In this document: positions 7,911 to 17,186 of the stretch, one piece after another | Numbering within the stretch: position 1 is the first letter of the stretch | Layout of the letters: each line of letters starts with the position of its first letter | DNA from: Thermodesulfovibrionia bacterium | Lineage (GTDB): Bacteria; Nitrospirota; Thermodesulfovibrionia; Thermodesulfovibrionales; SM23-35 | DNA: 36,333 bases | Direction of reading: 5' to 3' | Assembly: GCA_041478735.1 (NCBI GenBank) | Contig: JBGOWS010000002.1 | Span: 1 to 36,333, forward strand | Position numbers and translations under genes: made by a program | The notes under the pieces: model-generated | What the model was told of the DNA's origin: nothing | Database searches by the model: none | What the model saw: only the letters and a program-made list of their open reading frames with translations

Positions 7911-9933
7911 ATCTCAAAACCCCCGTTGTATATAGTTTTATAGATGGAGATATTTCAGCATTGGAAAGGATGACCATGGATGGAAGAAATCTCTCTGTTA
8001 TCTTTCTGAGGAATCTCCTTACCTGTGAGGAGCAAAGGATAATTGGCTGTGTGCCTTTAAACCTGTCTTCCTTGATGGCAGCCTCTATTGCCCTGATTAA
8101 CTTATTTATAACCTCAGGACTTATTGCACCAGTTGTCTCCATTGCTTGAGAAAGTTCTCTTTCGAATATCGGATCCAGAGTCATAACATGTATGCTTCCA
8201 TCGGCATTCATGCACTGTTTGGTTATATACCTCGCTAGCGCCTGTCTCACGTATTCGGTGAGCATTTCCAGGTCCTTCGTGGAAGGTGAATAATCGAGGA
8301 GCGTTTCAAGTATGGTAATAAGATCATTTATCGGCACCCTTTCCCTTAAAAGTCCCTGAAGCACCCTTTGAACGCCTCCCAGTGTCATCTGAGATGGGAT
8401 AAGCTCATCAACAATTTTCGGATAATTCCTTGTGACATTATCCAGCAGGCTCTGGACTTCAGTCCTGGTGAGGAGTTCCGAGGCATGGGCCTTTATGAGC
8501 TCTGTGAGGTGTGTGGCTATTACTGTTGCAGGGTCAACTACCATGTAACCACTTGTTTGAGCCCTTTCTATGTCCCTCTCACTGATCCATAAGGCCGGAA
8601 GTCCGAATGCTGGCTCCTTTGTGGGTATCCCTTCTATCTTTTCTGCTTCGACTGAGGAGACGGCGAGATAGTAACCCATCATAACCTCACCCCTTGAAAT
8701 CTCAATGCCCCTTATAAGAAAGCTATATTCGTGAGGCCTGAGCTGAAGGTTGTCCTTTACATGTATTGAAGGCACAACAAAACCAAGTTCTGAGGCAAGT
8801 TGTTTCCTCATGGCCTTTATCTTACTAAGGAGGTCTACCTTCCCGCCTTCCACAAGCGGTATCAGGCCATATCCTATCTCGAATGTGAGGGGTTCTATCT
8901 CTATAAATGTCTCTATAGCAGGTTCCTGAGTTGCTTGCTCGCTTTTCTGCTCTTTTCCCTCTGTAACTGCTGGTCTCGAAAATATATATGACAGGGCGCC
9001 TGATGCGGCGGAAAGGAGAAAGAAGGGGACGTGAGGAAGTCCGGGCACGAGGCCGAGGACAACCATTACACCTGAAGCGGTGCCCAGGGCTTTTGGATTC
9101 ATCAATACCTGTCTGGTTATATCTTTTCCGAGATCTGTCTCAGTCCCGGCACGGCTCACAACAATACCTGCGGCAGTAGATATGAGAAGCGCCGGAATCT
9201 GCGCAACAAGGCCATCGCCAATGGTCAGTATGGTATAAGTTTTGACTGCATCTCCGATAGGCATGCCTTTTTGAATGGTCCCTATAATTAAACCGCCAAT
9301 AATATTGATGCCTGTTATTATCAATCCGGCAATGGCATCGCCCCTTACAAATTTACTGGCGCCATCCATAGCCCCATAGAAATCAGCCTCCTGGGAAATA
9401 AAGGATCTCCTCCTCCTTGCCTCTACTTCATCGATAAGTCCCGCATTAAGGTCTGCATCTATAGCCATCTGCTTACCGGGCATGGAATCAAGTGTAAACC
9501 TTGCAGCAACCTCTGCTATCCTTCCGGAGCCCTTTGTGATAACGACAAAGTTGACAACCACAAGTATCAGAAAGATGATAAAACCTACAGCATAGTTCCC
9601 ACCCACGACGAAATTACCAAAAGATTTTATCACCTGTCCGGCAGCATCTATCCCTTCATTGCCCCTTAGTAGCACCAGCCTGGTGGATGCGATATTCAAT
9701 GAGAGCCTGTAAAGTGTTGTTATAAGAAGCATGGAGGGAAATACAGAAAAGTCCAGGGGTTTTTTGATGTATATGCTTGTTATGAGTATGACTAAAGCGA
9801 GTGATATTGAGAAAGACAAGAGGATGTCCAGTATAAAAGGAGGGAGCGGCAGGATCATCACCCCCAGAATAGCCACCACACTTACTGCGATAAAAACTTC
9901 TTGTTTTTGTTGAAATAGGGCAAGGAATTTCAT
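7900..9933 (-). CDS. flhA: Flagellar export gate protein FlhA
   Basis: ORF track, 677 aa. It has an N-terminal polytopic membrane domain, the conserved RFTLDSMPGKQMAIDADL motif and a large cytoplasmic domain. Its start overlaps the flhB stop as ATGA. Confidence 0.97.
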   Translation of the reverse strand: MKFLALFQQKQEVFIAVSVVAILGVMILPLPPFILDILLSFSISLALVILITSIYIKKPLDFSVFPSMLLITTLYRLSLNIASTRLVLLRGNEGIDAAGQVIKSFGNFVVGGNYAVGFIIFLILVVVNFVVITKGSGRIAEVAARFTLDSMPGKQMAIDADLNAGLIDEVEARRRRSFISQEADFYGAMDGASKFVRGDAIAGLIITGINIIGGLIIGTIQKGMPIGDAVKTYTILTIGDGLVAQIPALLISTAAGIVVSRAGTETDLGKDITRQVLMNPKALGTASGVMVVLGLVPGLPHVPFFLLSAASGALSYIFSRPAVTEGKEQKSEQATQEPAIETFIEIEPLTFEIGYGLIPLVEGGKVDLLSKIKAMRKQLASELGFVVPSIHVKDNLQLRPHEYSFLIRGIEISRGEVMMGYYLAVSSVEAEKIEGIPTKEPAFGLPALWISERDIERAQTSGYMVVDPATVIATHLTELIKAHASELLTRTEVQSLLDNVTRNYPKIVDELIPSQMTLGGVQRVLQGLLRERVPINDLITILETLLDYSPSTKDLEMLTEYVRQALARYITKQCMNADGSIHVMTLDPIFERELSQAMETTGAISPEVINKLIRAIEAAIKEDRFKGTQPIILCSSQVRRFLRKITERFLPSMVILSNAEISPSIKLYTTGVLRYED

Positions 9934-10964
9934 GCCACTCCCCTCAGCTTATAAATGTATGCGAGTATCTTTGCCACAGCCCTGTAAAGTTCCTCAGGAA
10001 TGAATGAGCCAATCTTAACCTTAAAGAGGGCCCTTGCAAGAGGTCTGTCTTCTACAACAGGGATTCCATGTTTCTTTGCTATCTCCTTAATCTTCTCAGC
10101 AATGAAGCCTGCGCCTTTTGCAAGGACCATAGGGGCTGTCAACTCCTCTTTTTTATATTTGAGGGCAACCGCGATATGAGTTGGGTTTGTTATGACAACT
10201 GTTGCCTTCGGGACCTCCTGCATCATGCGTCTTCTTGCCATCTCCTTCTGGAGGCTCTTTATTCTCGACTTGATTAACGGATCACCTTCTGTCTCTTTAT
10301 ATTCTTCCTTAATCTCTTCCCTGGTCATTCTCAGGGACCGGTTGAACCTCCACCTCTCATAGAGATAGTCAATAACAGCGAGGGTTAAAAAAGCCAGGAA
10401 TACTGTTATCACAGCCTTATATAAAAGCCTGATTGAGACGCCCAGTATTTCTCTGATATCCATAAGTGATGTAAGGGGAAAGATAGGTATAAAACTCTTA
10501 ATAATGTAATAGAATATGAATCCCCCTATTACAAACTTTAAGAGGCTTTTTGGAAAATCCGCAAGACCCTCTAGGGAAAATAACCTCTTAAATCCAGTTA
10601 TGGGATTGAGCTTTTCGATATTAAAACTCAAGGGTTTAAGAAGGAACCCACCTTGCAATACACCTGCCAGCAAAGCAAATGTGAACGCAATCCCCAGAAA
10701 GGGCATTAATATCCAGAACATCTCTGCTGCTGCGAATCTCATAGCAACAACAGGATTTCTGCCGTATTGTAATTCAAGAAGTTTCCTTGTCAGCTCCGAG
10801 ATATTCTTAATGAAAGAGTTTCCTGAAAAATAAAACATGAGAATTATTCCACCTGTGGCAGCCATTGATGTAAGTTCACGACTTCTCGCAACCTGACCTT
10901 TTTCCCTCGCCTTCTGACGCCTTCGCGGCGTTGCCTGTTCAGTCCTCTCTTCGTGCTCAGCCAC
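9930..10964 (-). CDS. flhB: Flagellar export switch protein FlhB
   Basis: ORF track, 344 aa, GTG start. It has the N-terminal TEQATPRRRQKAREKGQVARSRE motif, four TM segments and the NPTH autocleavage site (VVITNPTHIAVAL). Confidence 0.96.
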   Translation of the reverse strand: MAEHEERTEQATPRRRQKAREKGQVARSRELTSMAATGGIILMFYFSGNSFIKNISELTRKLLELQYGRNPVVAMRFAAAEMFWILMPFLGIAFTFALLAGVLQGGFLLKPLSFNIEKLNPITGFKRLFSLEGLADFPKSLLKFVIGGFIFYYIIKSFIPIFPLTSLMDIREILGVSIRLLYKAVITVFLAFLTLAVIDYLYERWRFNRSLRMTREEIKEEYKETEGDPLIKSRIKSLQKEMARRRMMQEVPKATVVITNPTHIAVALKYKKEELTAPMVLAKGAGFIAEKIKEIAKKHGIPVVEDRPLARALFKVKIGSFIPEELYRAVAKILAYIYKLRGVA

Positions 10965-10966
10965 GC

Positions 10967-11725
10967 TTAACCTCTTGTTATGGCAATAACCTTTGCCATC
11001 TCATCTTTTATGGTGCTGAAGTATCCCCCTGTCACATGCACGAAAACAGGGATGCTGATTAGCATTACAAGGAATCCCACAAATATGTAGATCGGATACG
11101 CTACAAAAAAGATGTTAATCTGAGGGGCCGCCTTATATATAAAGCCAAGGAGGATATGCGAAATGAGCATGGTTATAACGACAGGCGCGCTCATTTTCAA
11201 GGCTATAATAAATGTCATGCTGCCGAAATAGACGACAGCAGGAAAGAGGTTGCTTATCTCCATTTCCCCGGCTGGAAGCCATTCATAGCTTTTAACAAAG
11301 CTATATATGAGGTCGTGGTGAGCATCTGTAGCAAGAAGGATAAGCATTGCAATAAGCCCGTATAGCTGTGCTACTTCTGTAGACTGGCCGAGTTCAGGGT
11401 CAAAGAGATGCGCTATACTCAGCCCTATGGAATTGCTCATCACCTGGCCTGCCATATCAATCGCAAAAAAAACAAACCTTGCTGCAAGGGCCAGGACAAT
11501 GCCGAATATAACTTCACGGAGAACGCAAATGGGGAGGTTTGTTTTAGGGACTCCGAATTCCACAACTGGTGTGAGGACAAGGGCTAGGGCAACAATAAAA
11601 CCTATCTTGAACTTAGCTGGGAAATTCCTGCTGCCGAAGAATGGAAGCAGGCTGAACACTATTCCTGCCCTGAGAAGGATGAATAAAAAATTTGGAATAT
11701 ATTTTGCGAAAATGTCTGTATTCAT
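10967..11725 (-). CDS. fliR: Flagellar export apparatus protein FliR
   Basis: ORF track, 252 aa. It is polytopic, has a FliR-like N-terminus (FLFILLRAGIVFSLLPFFG) and lies before flhB. Confidence 0.93.
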   Translation of the reverse strand: MNTDIFAKYIPNFLFILLRAGIVFSLLPFFGSRNFPAKFKIGFIVALALVLTPVVEFGVPKTNLPICVLREVIFGIVLALAARFVFFAIDMAGQVMSNSIGLSIAHLFDPELGQSTEVAQLYGLIAMLILLATDAHHDLIYSFVKSYEWLPAGEMEISNLFPAVVYFGSMTFIIALKMSAPVVITMLISHILLGFIYKAAPQINIFFVAYPIYIFVGFLVMLISIPVFVHVTGGYFSTIKDEMAKVIAITRG

Positions 11726-11967
11726 CTTAAAATACCCCTCACCCTAACCCTCTCCCACAAGGGGAGAGGGAATTTGAGAGAGACCTCTCCCACCTTGATG
11801 GGAATCTCTATTCTACTTCCCCTCCCTTGCCCGCCCCGCTTCGCGGAGCGAGGCCGGGGACGGGAGGGGTTTGGGGAGGGTGACAAATTTTTGTATTCCT
11901 TTGTAAGCCGAAGATTCACAACGGCCTGTTCAGTATTTGGAAATTCGAATTTAAGATTTTCCTTCAT
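11722..11967 (-). CDS. Hypothetical 81-codon bridging ORF between fliQ and fliR, largely encoded by GC-rich palindromic repeats (may be non-functional)
   Basis: This is the internal ATG (11967) of the 110-aa track ORF 11722..12054. Its ATG overlaps the fliQ TGA as ATGA (11967..11964). Its TGA overlaps the fliR ATG as ATGA (11725..11722). The product is [81 protein letters not shown]. Confidence 0.3.
   Translation of the reverse strand: MKENLKFEFPNTEQAVVNLRLTKEYKNLSPSPNPSRPRPRSAKRGGQGRGSRIEIPIKVGEVSLKFPLPLWERVRVRGILR
11735..11885. repeat. GC-rich C-tract/G-tract palindromic repeat cluster inserted between fliQ and fliR
   Basis: Hairpin ccctctccc (11748..11756) pairs with gggagaggg (11762..11770). 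A long imperfect hairpin pairs cccctccc (11819..11826) with gggagggg (11862..11869), with an inner ccccg/cgggg pair. These are sharp GC islands in an AT-rich locus. Confidence 0.8.
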
Positions 11968-12233
11968 TTTATATACACCGGTATCTTTTCTATGAGGTCT
12001 ATTGTAAAGGAAATCAAGAGCTTTGAGATCCAGGGAAAAAATATGAACAGACACACAAATACTGCGATTATCTTCGGCACGAATGTCAGGGTAAACTCCT
12101 GGATTTGTGTTACGGCCTGGAAAAGGCTCACGATGAGACCAACCAGAAGACTCACCAGAAGCGGAGGTCCTGAGGCGAGAAGAATTGTTTTGAATACCTC
12201 TCCTGAAAGCTCTTTGACCATATCTACAGTCAT
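11964..12233 (-). CDS. fliQ: Flagellar export apparatus protein FliQ
   Basis: This is track ORF 11964..12272 trimmed to ATG 12233, which overlaps the fliP TGA as ATGA. The result is the canonical 89 aa: [54 protein letters not shown]... Confidence 0.93.
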   Translation of the reverse strand: MTVDMVKELSGEVFKTILLASGPPLLVSLLVGLIVSLFQAVTQIQEFTLTFVPKIIAVFVCLFIFFPWISKLLISFTIDLIEKIPVYIK

Positions 12234-12862
12234 TGGAAACTCCTTACAATAGAACCAACGACGAGGTTCCATCCGTCAACAAGCACAAAGAGCAGCAGTT
12301 TGAAAGGAAGAGATATCAATACAGGAGGGAGCATCATCATGCCCATGGAGAGGAGTACGCTGGAGACAACCATATCTATTATCAGGAACGGCAGAAATAT
12401 GAGAACGCCTATCTCAAAGGCCGTCTTAAGTTCGCTTATGGCAAAGGCAGGCACAACAACCCTCAATGGAAGTTTCTCCGGAACTGAAGGCGCCTTTTCC
12501 TTTGCAATATTCAAAAATAAAGCGATGTCTTTTTCCCTTGTCTGTTTCAACATAAAGCTCTTGACAGGCGGCTCAGATCTTTTAAGGGCCTCCTGAAGCG
12601 TTATTTGTTTATCCAGGTACGGATTTATTGCATCCTTTGTGATTACATCAATCGTTGGAGACATAATGAAAAATGTTAAGAACAATGCAAGCCCGATTAT
12701 TACAGGATTTGGGGGTATCTGCTGTCCACCGATGGCCTGGCGCAAAAAGGAAAGTACAACCACTACCCTTGTGAATGATGTGAACATTATGAGTATTGCC
12801 GGCAAAAGGGATAAGAAACTTATTAACAGGAAGACCTGTATTATAGGGTCACTTATTGTCAT
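12230..12862 (-). CDS. fliP: Flagellar export apparatus protein FliP
   Basis: ORF track, 210 aa. Conserved motifs are [18 protein letters not shown] and [20 protein letters not shown]. Confidence 0.96.
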   Translation of the reverse strand: MTISDPIIQVFLLISFLSLLPAILIMFTSFTRVVVVLSFLRQAIGGQQIPPNPVIIGLALFLTFFIMSPTIDVITKDAINPYLDKQITLQEALKRSEPPVKSFMLKQTREKDIALFLNIAKEKAPSVPEKLPLRVVVPAFAISELKTAFEIGVLIFLPFLIIDMVVSSVLLSMGMMMLPPVLISLPFKLLLFVLVDGWNLVVGSIVRSFQ

Positions 12863-13169
12863 TCAAACGCTCCTTTATACCCCTCAGCATCTTTATTTTT
12901 TTGTTCATGTCTGCAAGCGTTTCCGCCTCGAATTCATTCTCACTAAATGTCTTGAGCAACTTGATGTCTGCTGAGGTAATGCCGAGCAGGAGTATTTCTT
13001 TTCCTATCTTCAGGGCTGCAATCCCTTTTCTCGGGCCAAAGGATTGATAGGCAAGGACATTCATCATGCCCGCCTTACTCTGTCTCTTTTTAAGAAAGAG
13101 GCCCATCAGTAAGATCATTCCAACTACTGCGGCAAGGGCTAATGACATCTGGAGGTATGTTTCTATCAT
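12849..13169 (-). CDS. fliO: Flagellar protein FliO (FliZ)
   Basis: ORF track, 106 aa, with a single N-terminal TM segment. It lies between fliN and fliP and overlaps both neighbours. Confidence 0.8.
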   Translation of the reverse strand: MIETYLQMSLALAAVVGMILLMGLFLKKRQSKAGMMNVLAYQSFGPRKGIAALKIGKEILLLGITSADIKLLKTFSENEFEAETLADMNKKIKMLRGIKERLNDNK

Positions 13170-13504
13170 TTGAGTTGCTTTATCCTTTCTGTCGGGCTGA
13201 TAATATCCGTTAGCCTCACACCAAATTTTTCATGAACCACCACGACCTCGCCCCTCGCCACAAGCCTATTATTAACGAGTATCTCCATAGGTTCACCGGC
13301 AAGCTTATCCAGTTCAACGACAGAGCCCTGGCCGAGCTGTAAAAGTTCCTTTATAAGCATCTTTGTGCGGCCCAATACAACTCTGATCTCAAGCGGTATG
13401 TCGAGGAGGAAATCTATATCCTTTGTACCCGCTGGTTCCTTCTTTTCAGCCTTTAATTCTTCGAAGTTTGCTTCCTCAGCATCCTGATTGGCCTTCTGTT
13501 TCAT
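13166..13504 (-). CDS. fliN: Flagellar motor switch protein FliN
   Basis: ORF track, 112 aa. It has a SpoA-type C-terminal domain: IPLEIRVVLGRTKMLIKELLQLGQGSVVELDKLAGEPMEILVNNRLVARGEVVVV. Confidence 0.95.
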   Translation of the reverse strand: MKQKANQDAEEANFEELKAEKKEPAGTKDIDFLLDIPLEIRVVLGRTKMLIKELLQLGQGSVVELDKLAGEPMEILVNNRLVARGEVVVVHEKFGVRLTDIISPTERIKQLK

Positions 13505-14487
13505 TACAATCTCCTTTCTAACACATGTGTTATTTTCAGGGCCTGGTTACCCCTGCAGTACCCGGGCGCTCCGATGAATTTGGGCAATCCTTCTACCCTG
13601 ACGACGAGTCCGTCAGATACCGGCTTGCCGAGACTAATCACACTGCCGACGTCAAGGTTTATCAGTTCCTCAAATGTGAGTTCCACCTTTCCGATCTCTG
13701 CTACAAGTTCGACATAGGAGTCCATGAGTGTCTCTTTCAAACTGGCAACCCAGCGGTGATCAACCTCAAATTTTTCGGGCTGAATGCCGGAATATAATTT
13801 CTCCTTGACAGACTCTATCATTGAGTAGGGGATGCAGAAGAAAGACTTTCCGGTAAAATTCTCCACCTCTATATGAATTTCAATTTTTATTAATATTTCA
13901 CTTGGGGTAACAATGGTCACGAATTGCGGGCTCATCTCAGAGCGAACATGTTCTGGCTGTATAAGTGCGATACCACTCCATGCATTTGACATATCATCCA
14001 ATGCCATTGTCACTACCTTCTTGATAATCCTCTGTTCTATGGATGTGAAGGCCCTTCCTTCAGATTTGACATGTTTTGCGCTGGAGCTGCCAAAAAAGAA
14101 TTCCACAAGAGCAAAAACAAGGGGGGCCTCGATAACAAAGAGTGAATAGCCTTTGAGGGGTTCCATCTTGAATATATTAATGCTGGATGGAAGGGGAATA
14201 GTCTTCATGAAGTCTCCGAATTTTACAATCTCCACGCTGTGAATTCTGACATCTACAAAAAATTTCATAATGAGATTTGAAATTGAATTCCTGAAAAACC
14301 TTGCAAACTTTTCGTTGGCTATTTCAAGTCCGGGCATTCTGCCGCGAATTATTCGTTCCTTGCTGGTAAAGTCATAATGCCTGATATCCGAGGGAATCTT
14401 ATCCCTCGCAGTTTCTGTATCTACCTCTCCAGACTGCACTACCTTAAGGAGCGCATCCACCTCTTCCTGTGATAGTATGTCGCTCAT
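13504..14487 (-). CDS. fliM: Flagellar motor switch protein FliM
   Basis: ORF track, 327 aa. It has the N-terminal CheY-P binding motif MSDILSQEEVDALL. Its start overlaps the fliL stop as ATGA. Confidence 0.96.
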   Translation of the reverse strand: MSDILSQEEVDALLKVVQSGEVDTETARDKIPSDIRHYDFTSKERIIRGRMPGLEIANEKFARFFRNSISNLIMKFFVDVRIHSVEIVKFGDFMKTIPLPSSINIFKMEPLKGYSLFVIEAPLVFALVEFFFGSSSAKHVKSEGRAFTSIEQRIIKKVVTMALDDMSNAWSGIALIQPEHVRSEMSPQFVTIVTPSEILIKIEIHIEVENFTGKSFFCIPYSMIESVKEKLYSGIQPEKFEVDHRWVASLKETLMDSYVELVAEIGKVELTFEELINLDVGSVISLGKPVSDGLVVRVEGLPKFIGAPGYCRGNQALKITHVLERRL

Positions 14488-14978
14488 TGCATCACAAACT
14501 CTGTGAAGTAAAGATTTTTAAAAGCATCCTTCCCTACGGCCTGATTTGCCCTCAGGATGAGTTCATCCTTTAACTGGAATTTCCCTTCGGGGCTTGATAC
14601 CGATTCACTGGACTTGCTGCTTATGAGAATGATAATCGCATCTCTCAGTTGAGGAATTTTATCTGCGACTAGCGGTTGATAAGACGCATCGGAAAACTCA
14701 AACTGCATACTTACTTTCAAATACTTTCCCTGTTCCGTCAGATTCAGTACAAAGGGTTCAAGGGAAAGGAGAGCAGCTTTTTCTGAGTCTTTCTTATAAC
14801 CTTCACCTGCCTTCCCCTTTCCGTCAATGAGCATTATATAGGCAAGAAAACTACTTGCAGACAGAACTAAAGTTACGATAGCGATGATTATTATCAGTTT
14901 ATTTTTCCCTTTCTTAGGTATTTCTTGCTGAGGCTCTTGAGGCTCAGCAGATTTATTATCAGGCTTTTCCTCTGCCAT
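14484..14978 (-). CDS. fliL: Flagellar basal-body-associated protein FliL
   Basis: This is track ORF 14484..15020 (TTG start) trimmed to ATG 14978, which follows GGGAGG by 7 nt. It begins MAEEKPDNK, has a single TM segment (LIIIIAIVTLVLSASSFLAYIML) and lies before fliM. Confidence 0.88.
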   Translation of the reverse strand: MAEEKPDNKSAEPQEPQQEIPKKGKNKLIIIIAIVTLVLSASSFLAYIMLIDGKGKAGEGYKKDSEKAALLSLEPFVLNLTEQGKYLKVSMQFEFSDASYQPLVADKIPQLRDAIIILISSKSSESVSSPEGKFQLKDELILRANQAVGKDAFKNLYFTEFVMQ

Positions 14979-15015
14979 ATATATTCCTCCCACTTTTTGA
15001 TTTATCTCTTTATAA

Positions 15016-15031
15016 TACAAGGATCGTGCCT
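15016..15031 (-). promoter_or_regulatory. Weak sigma-54-like -24/-12 element (aGGCAC-N5-TTGTa) upstream of fliL
   Basis: The minus strand reads AGGCACGATCCTTGTA. The -24 GG and the spacing are correct, but the -12 element is GT rather than GC. The predicted start would give a ~27-nt leader containing the fliL GGGAGG. Confidence 0.3.
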
Positions 15032-15123
15032 GATTAGAACCTATTGAAAAATAAGGATTTTTTGTGATGTGAATTGTATGAAGGGTTTAAAGCGTCAAAG
15101 AAATGACTTAGTGAAGGATTTCT

Positions 15124-15159
15124 AACTAAATAAAATATCCCCTCCCTTGCCGGGAGGGG
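15124..15159 (-). terminator. Rho-independent terminator or attenuator downstream of flgE
   Basis: Minus-strand RNA reads CCCCUCCC-ggcaa-GGGAGGGG (8-bp GC stem, 15139..15159) followed by AUAUUUUAUUU. Confidence 0.6.
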
Positions 15160-15163
15160 ATTC

Positions 15164-15197
15164 ACCCTGTTAGATGGAGAATCTTATCTAACAGGGT
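15164..15197. repeat. Perfect 12-bp inverted repeat (accctgttagat-N10-atctaacagggt) just after the flgE stop
   Basis: Read directly: arms at 15164..15175 and 15186..15197. It is flanked by another G-tract (ggggagggtgg, 15202..15212). Confidence 0.85.
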
Positions 15198-15217
15198 AAA
15201 AGGGGAGGGTGGAAAAT

Positions 15218-16501
15218 TTATCTCTTCAGATTCACAAGTTCCTGCATCAGCTCATCCGTTGTTGTTATTATCCTTGAATTTGCCTGAAATCCCCTCTGTG
15301 CAGAAATCATCTTGACGAACTCTTCTGCGAGGTCGACATTGCTGAGTTCCAGCATATTTGAGAGGACTCTGCCCAAACCTGAGGTGCCTGCCATACCAAC
15401 AAGGGGCTGGCCTGAATCAGAGGATGCTGCATAGAGATTTCTTCCGAGCTTTTTAAGGCCCGTAGGCGCGACAAACCTTGCAAGCGCAACCTGTCCAAGC
15501 GCCCTCGTCTGACCATTGGTGAAAACGCCTGTAAGGGCGCCATTTTCAATTGTCAAATTCTTCAAAGATCCTGCTGAATAGCCGTCCTGACTCAAATTCA
15601 TAACAGCGAAATCTGATGAAACCTGAGTGGCTCCGTCAAAACCGGTGCCAGGAGTTGCCTCTCCTGTCCCCGTTCCATAATTAAACGTTATCGATTGTGG
15701 AGTGGTTACGGAAGCACCAAAATCGAAGTCTATTGCTTTTCCACTCTTGTCATCGGTAAGAGAACCATCGGTTCCGAATGTGAGGTCCTGGCTGCCTGCC
15801 TCAACAAGCAGATTCGGATCAGCGGGGTCCTTATGGACATAATGAACAGTCCATGCGTTGTCGGCAGTCTTCTCAAAATAGAGTGCCACTTCATGGTCTC
15901 CTCCCTGAGAGTCATAGACGGTAATAGTCGTGGAGAAATTAAAATTAGCAGGATCATCTGAAGTGCCATCTCCGTTTCCATCAAGGGTAAAGGGATTTAC
16001 AGTGACCCCTGTCCTTGCGTCTAAATTTACCGCTGTCTCTACATTAGATGTTAAATTAGGCGGACTCTGGGATGTCGCTACATTCAAATTACCAATTTCA
16101 CCGGTGATATTCCCTGCTGCATCAGCAAGGTAACCTTGTAAGATGAGCCCATCAGGGTTGACAATATTACCATCTTTGTCAAGGTTAAATTGACCTGCCC
16201 TGGAGTAGTATCTTGCATCGCCTTCGCCCACAACGAAGAACCCATCCCCATCGATAGTAAGGTCAAGAGCATTCGCGGTGCTCTCGAATGAACCCTGAGT
16301 GAACAGTGGCGATACACTGCTTACGAGTACGCCGCGTCCCACCTGTAATGAACTATCAACACCTGCTAAAACATCCCCAAAGGTCACCTTGCTTGCCTTA
16401 AAACCCCCGGTGTTCAGGTTTGCAATGTTATCCCCGATCACAGAAAGGGATGTCCCATTTGCATTTAACCCACTTACTGCGGCATAAAGTGATGTCAACA
16501 T
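15218..16501 (-). CDS. flgE: Flagellar hook protein FlgE
   Basis: ORF track, 427 aa. The N-terminal rod/hook motif is SGLNANGTSLSVIGDNIANLNTGGFK. The C-terminus is SNVDLAEEFVKMISAQRGFQANSRIITTTDELMQELVNLKR. An AAAGGAGG RBS precedes it. Confidence 0.97.
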   Translation of the reverse strand: MLTSLYAAVSGLNANGTSLSVIGDNIANLNTGGFKASKVTFGDVLAGVDSSLQVGRGVLVSSVSPLFTQGSFESTANALDLTIDGDGFFVVGEGDARYYSRAGQFNLDKDGNIVNPDGLILQGYLADAAGNITGEIGNLNVATSQSPPNLTSNVETAVNLDARTGVTVNPFTLDGNGDGTSDDPANFNFSTTITVYDSQGGDHEVALYFEKTADNAWTVHYVHKDPADPNLLVEAGSQDLTFGTDGSLTDDKSGKAIDFDFGASVTTPQSITFNYGTGTGEATPGTGFDGATQVSSDFAVMNLSQDGYSAGSLKNLTIENGALTGVFTNGQTRALGQVALARFVAPTGLKKLGRNLYAASSDSGQPLVGMAGTSGLGRVLSNMLELSNVDLAEEFVKMISAQRGFQANSRIITTTDELMQELVNLKR

Positions 16502-16561
16502 TATTAATCGCCTCCTTTAATTATTTTTATCATCCCATGCTGCATTTGTACTGTCGTCATC

Positions 16562-17173
16562 TCAGCTTATCTCCTTTACGTCACTTAATTGAATTTTCGT
16601 TGTTCCGTCAATGATAAAGTAAGTTATGTTGTTTTCGAATGTGACTCCTGTTACTGTTCCCCATACCGCAGTTGTTGCCTCAACAGGATTACCATCGGCG
16701 TCATAGGCGCCTGCCGTAATGCTGTAGCTCCCCTCTGGAAGTGTTACACCATGAGAATCCTTTCCATCCCAGACATAGGTCTTATTTCCGCCTGTCTCAG
16801 GACCGAGATTAACTTCTCGAACAACCTTCCCACTGGAATCAGATATTGAGATTTTAATTTTCGAGACATCCTTTGAAAGGGTATAATTTATCTCAGCCTT
16901 ATCCTTGAGATATACCTCTTCTCCGGCAATCTTTACCTTCCTTCCTATAAGGGTCGTTGTAAGAGTATTCTGAAGGGAGTTCTGGAAGAGCACCAAGTCG
17001 TTCATTTGTTTATTTATATTGGTTAACTGTTCGAGAGAGCTAAACTGTGCAAGCTGCGCGGTAAACTCTGTGCTATCCAGGGGATTTAAAGGGTTTTGAA
17101 AACGCAGTTGCGTAGTAAACAGCTTCAGGAACTCATCCTTTCCTAAAATCTTTCCTGTTGTTGAAATATCCAT
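16562..17173 (-). CDS. flgD: Flagellar hook capping/assembly protein FlgD
   Basis: ORF track, 203 aa. Motifs are FLKLFTTQLRFQNPLNPLDSTEFTAQLAQFSSLEQ and an Ig-like FlgD domain (TYVWDGKDSHGVTLPEGSYSI). Confidence 0.95.
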   Translation of the reverse strand: MDISTTGKILGKDEFLKLFTTQLRFQNPLNPLDSTEFTAQLAQFSSLEQLTNINKQMNDLVLFQNSLQNTLTTTLIGRKVKIAGEEVYLKDKAEINYTLSKDVSKIKISISDSSGKVVREVNLGPETGGNKTYVWDGKDSHGVTLPEGSYSITAGAYDADGNPVEATTAVWGTVTGVTFENNITYFIIDGTTKIQLSDVKEIS

Positions 17174-17186
17174 ATATTACCTCCTT

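Noticed and set aside
15307-16317. Minus-strand ORFs 15307..15549, 15730..15984 and 16084..16317
   Set aside because: They are alternative frames inside flgE, whose own frame carries the conserved hook N- and C-terminal motifs.
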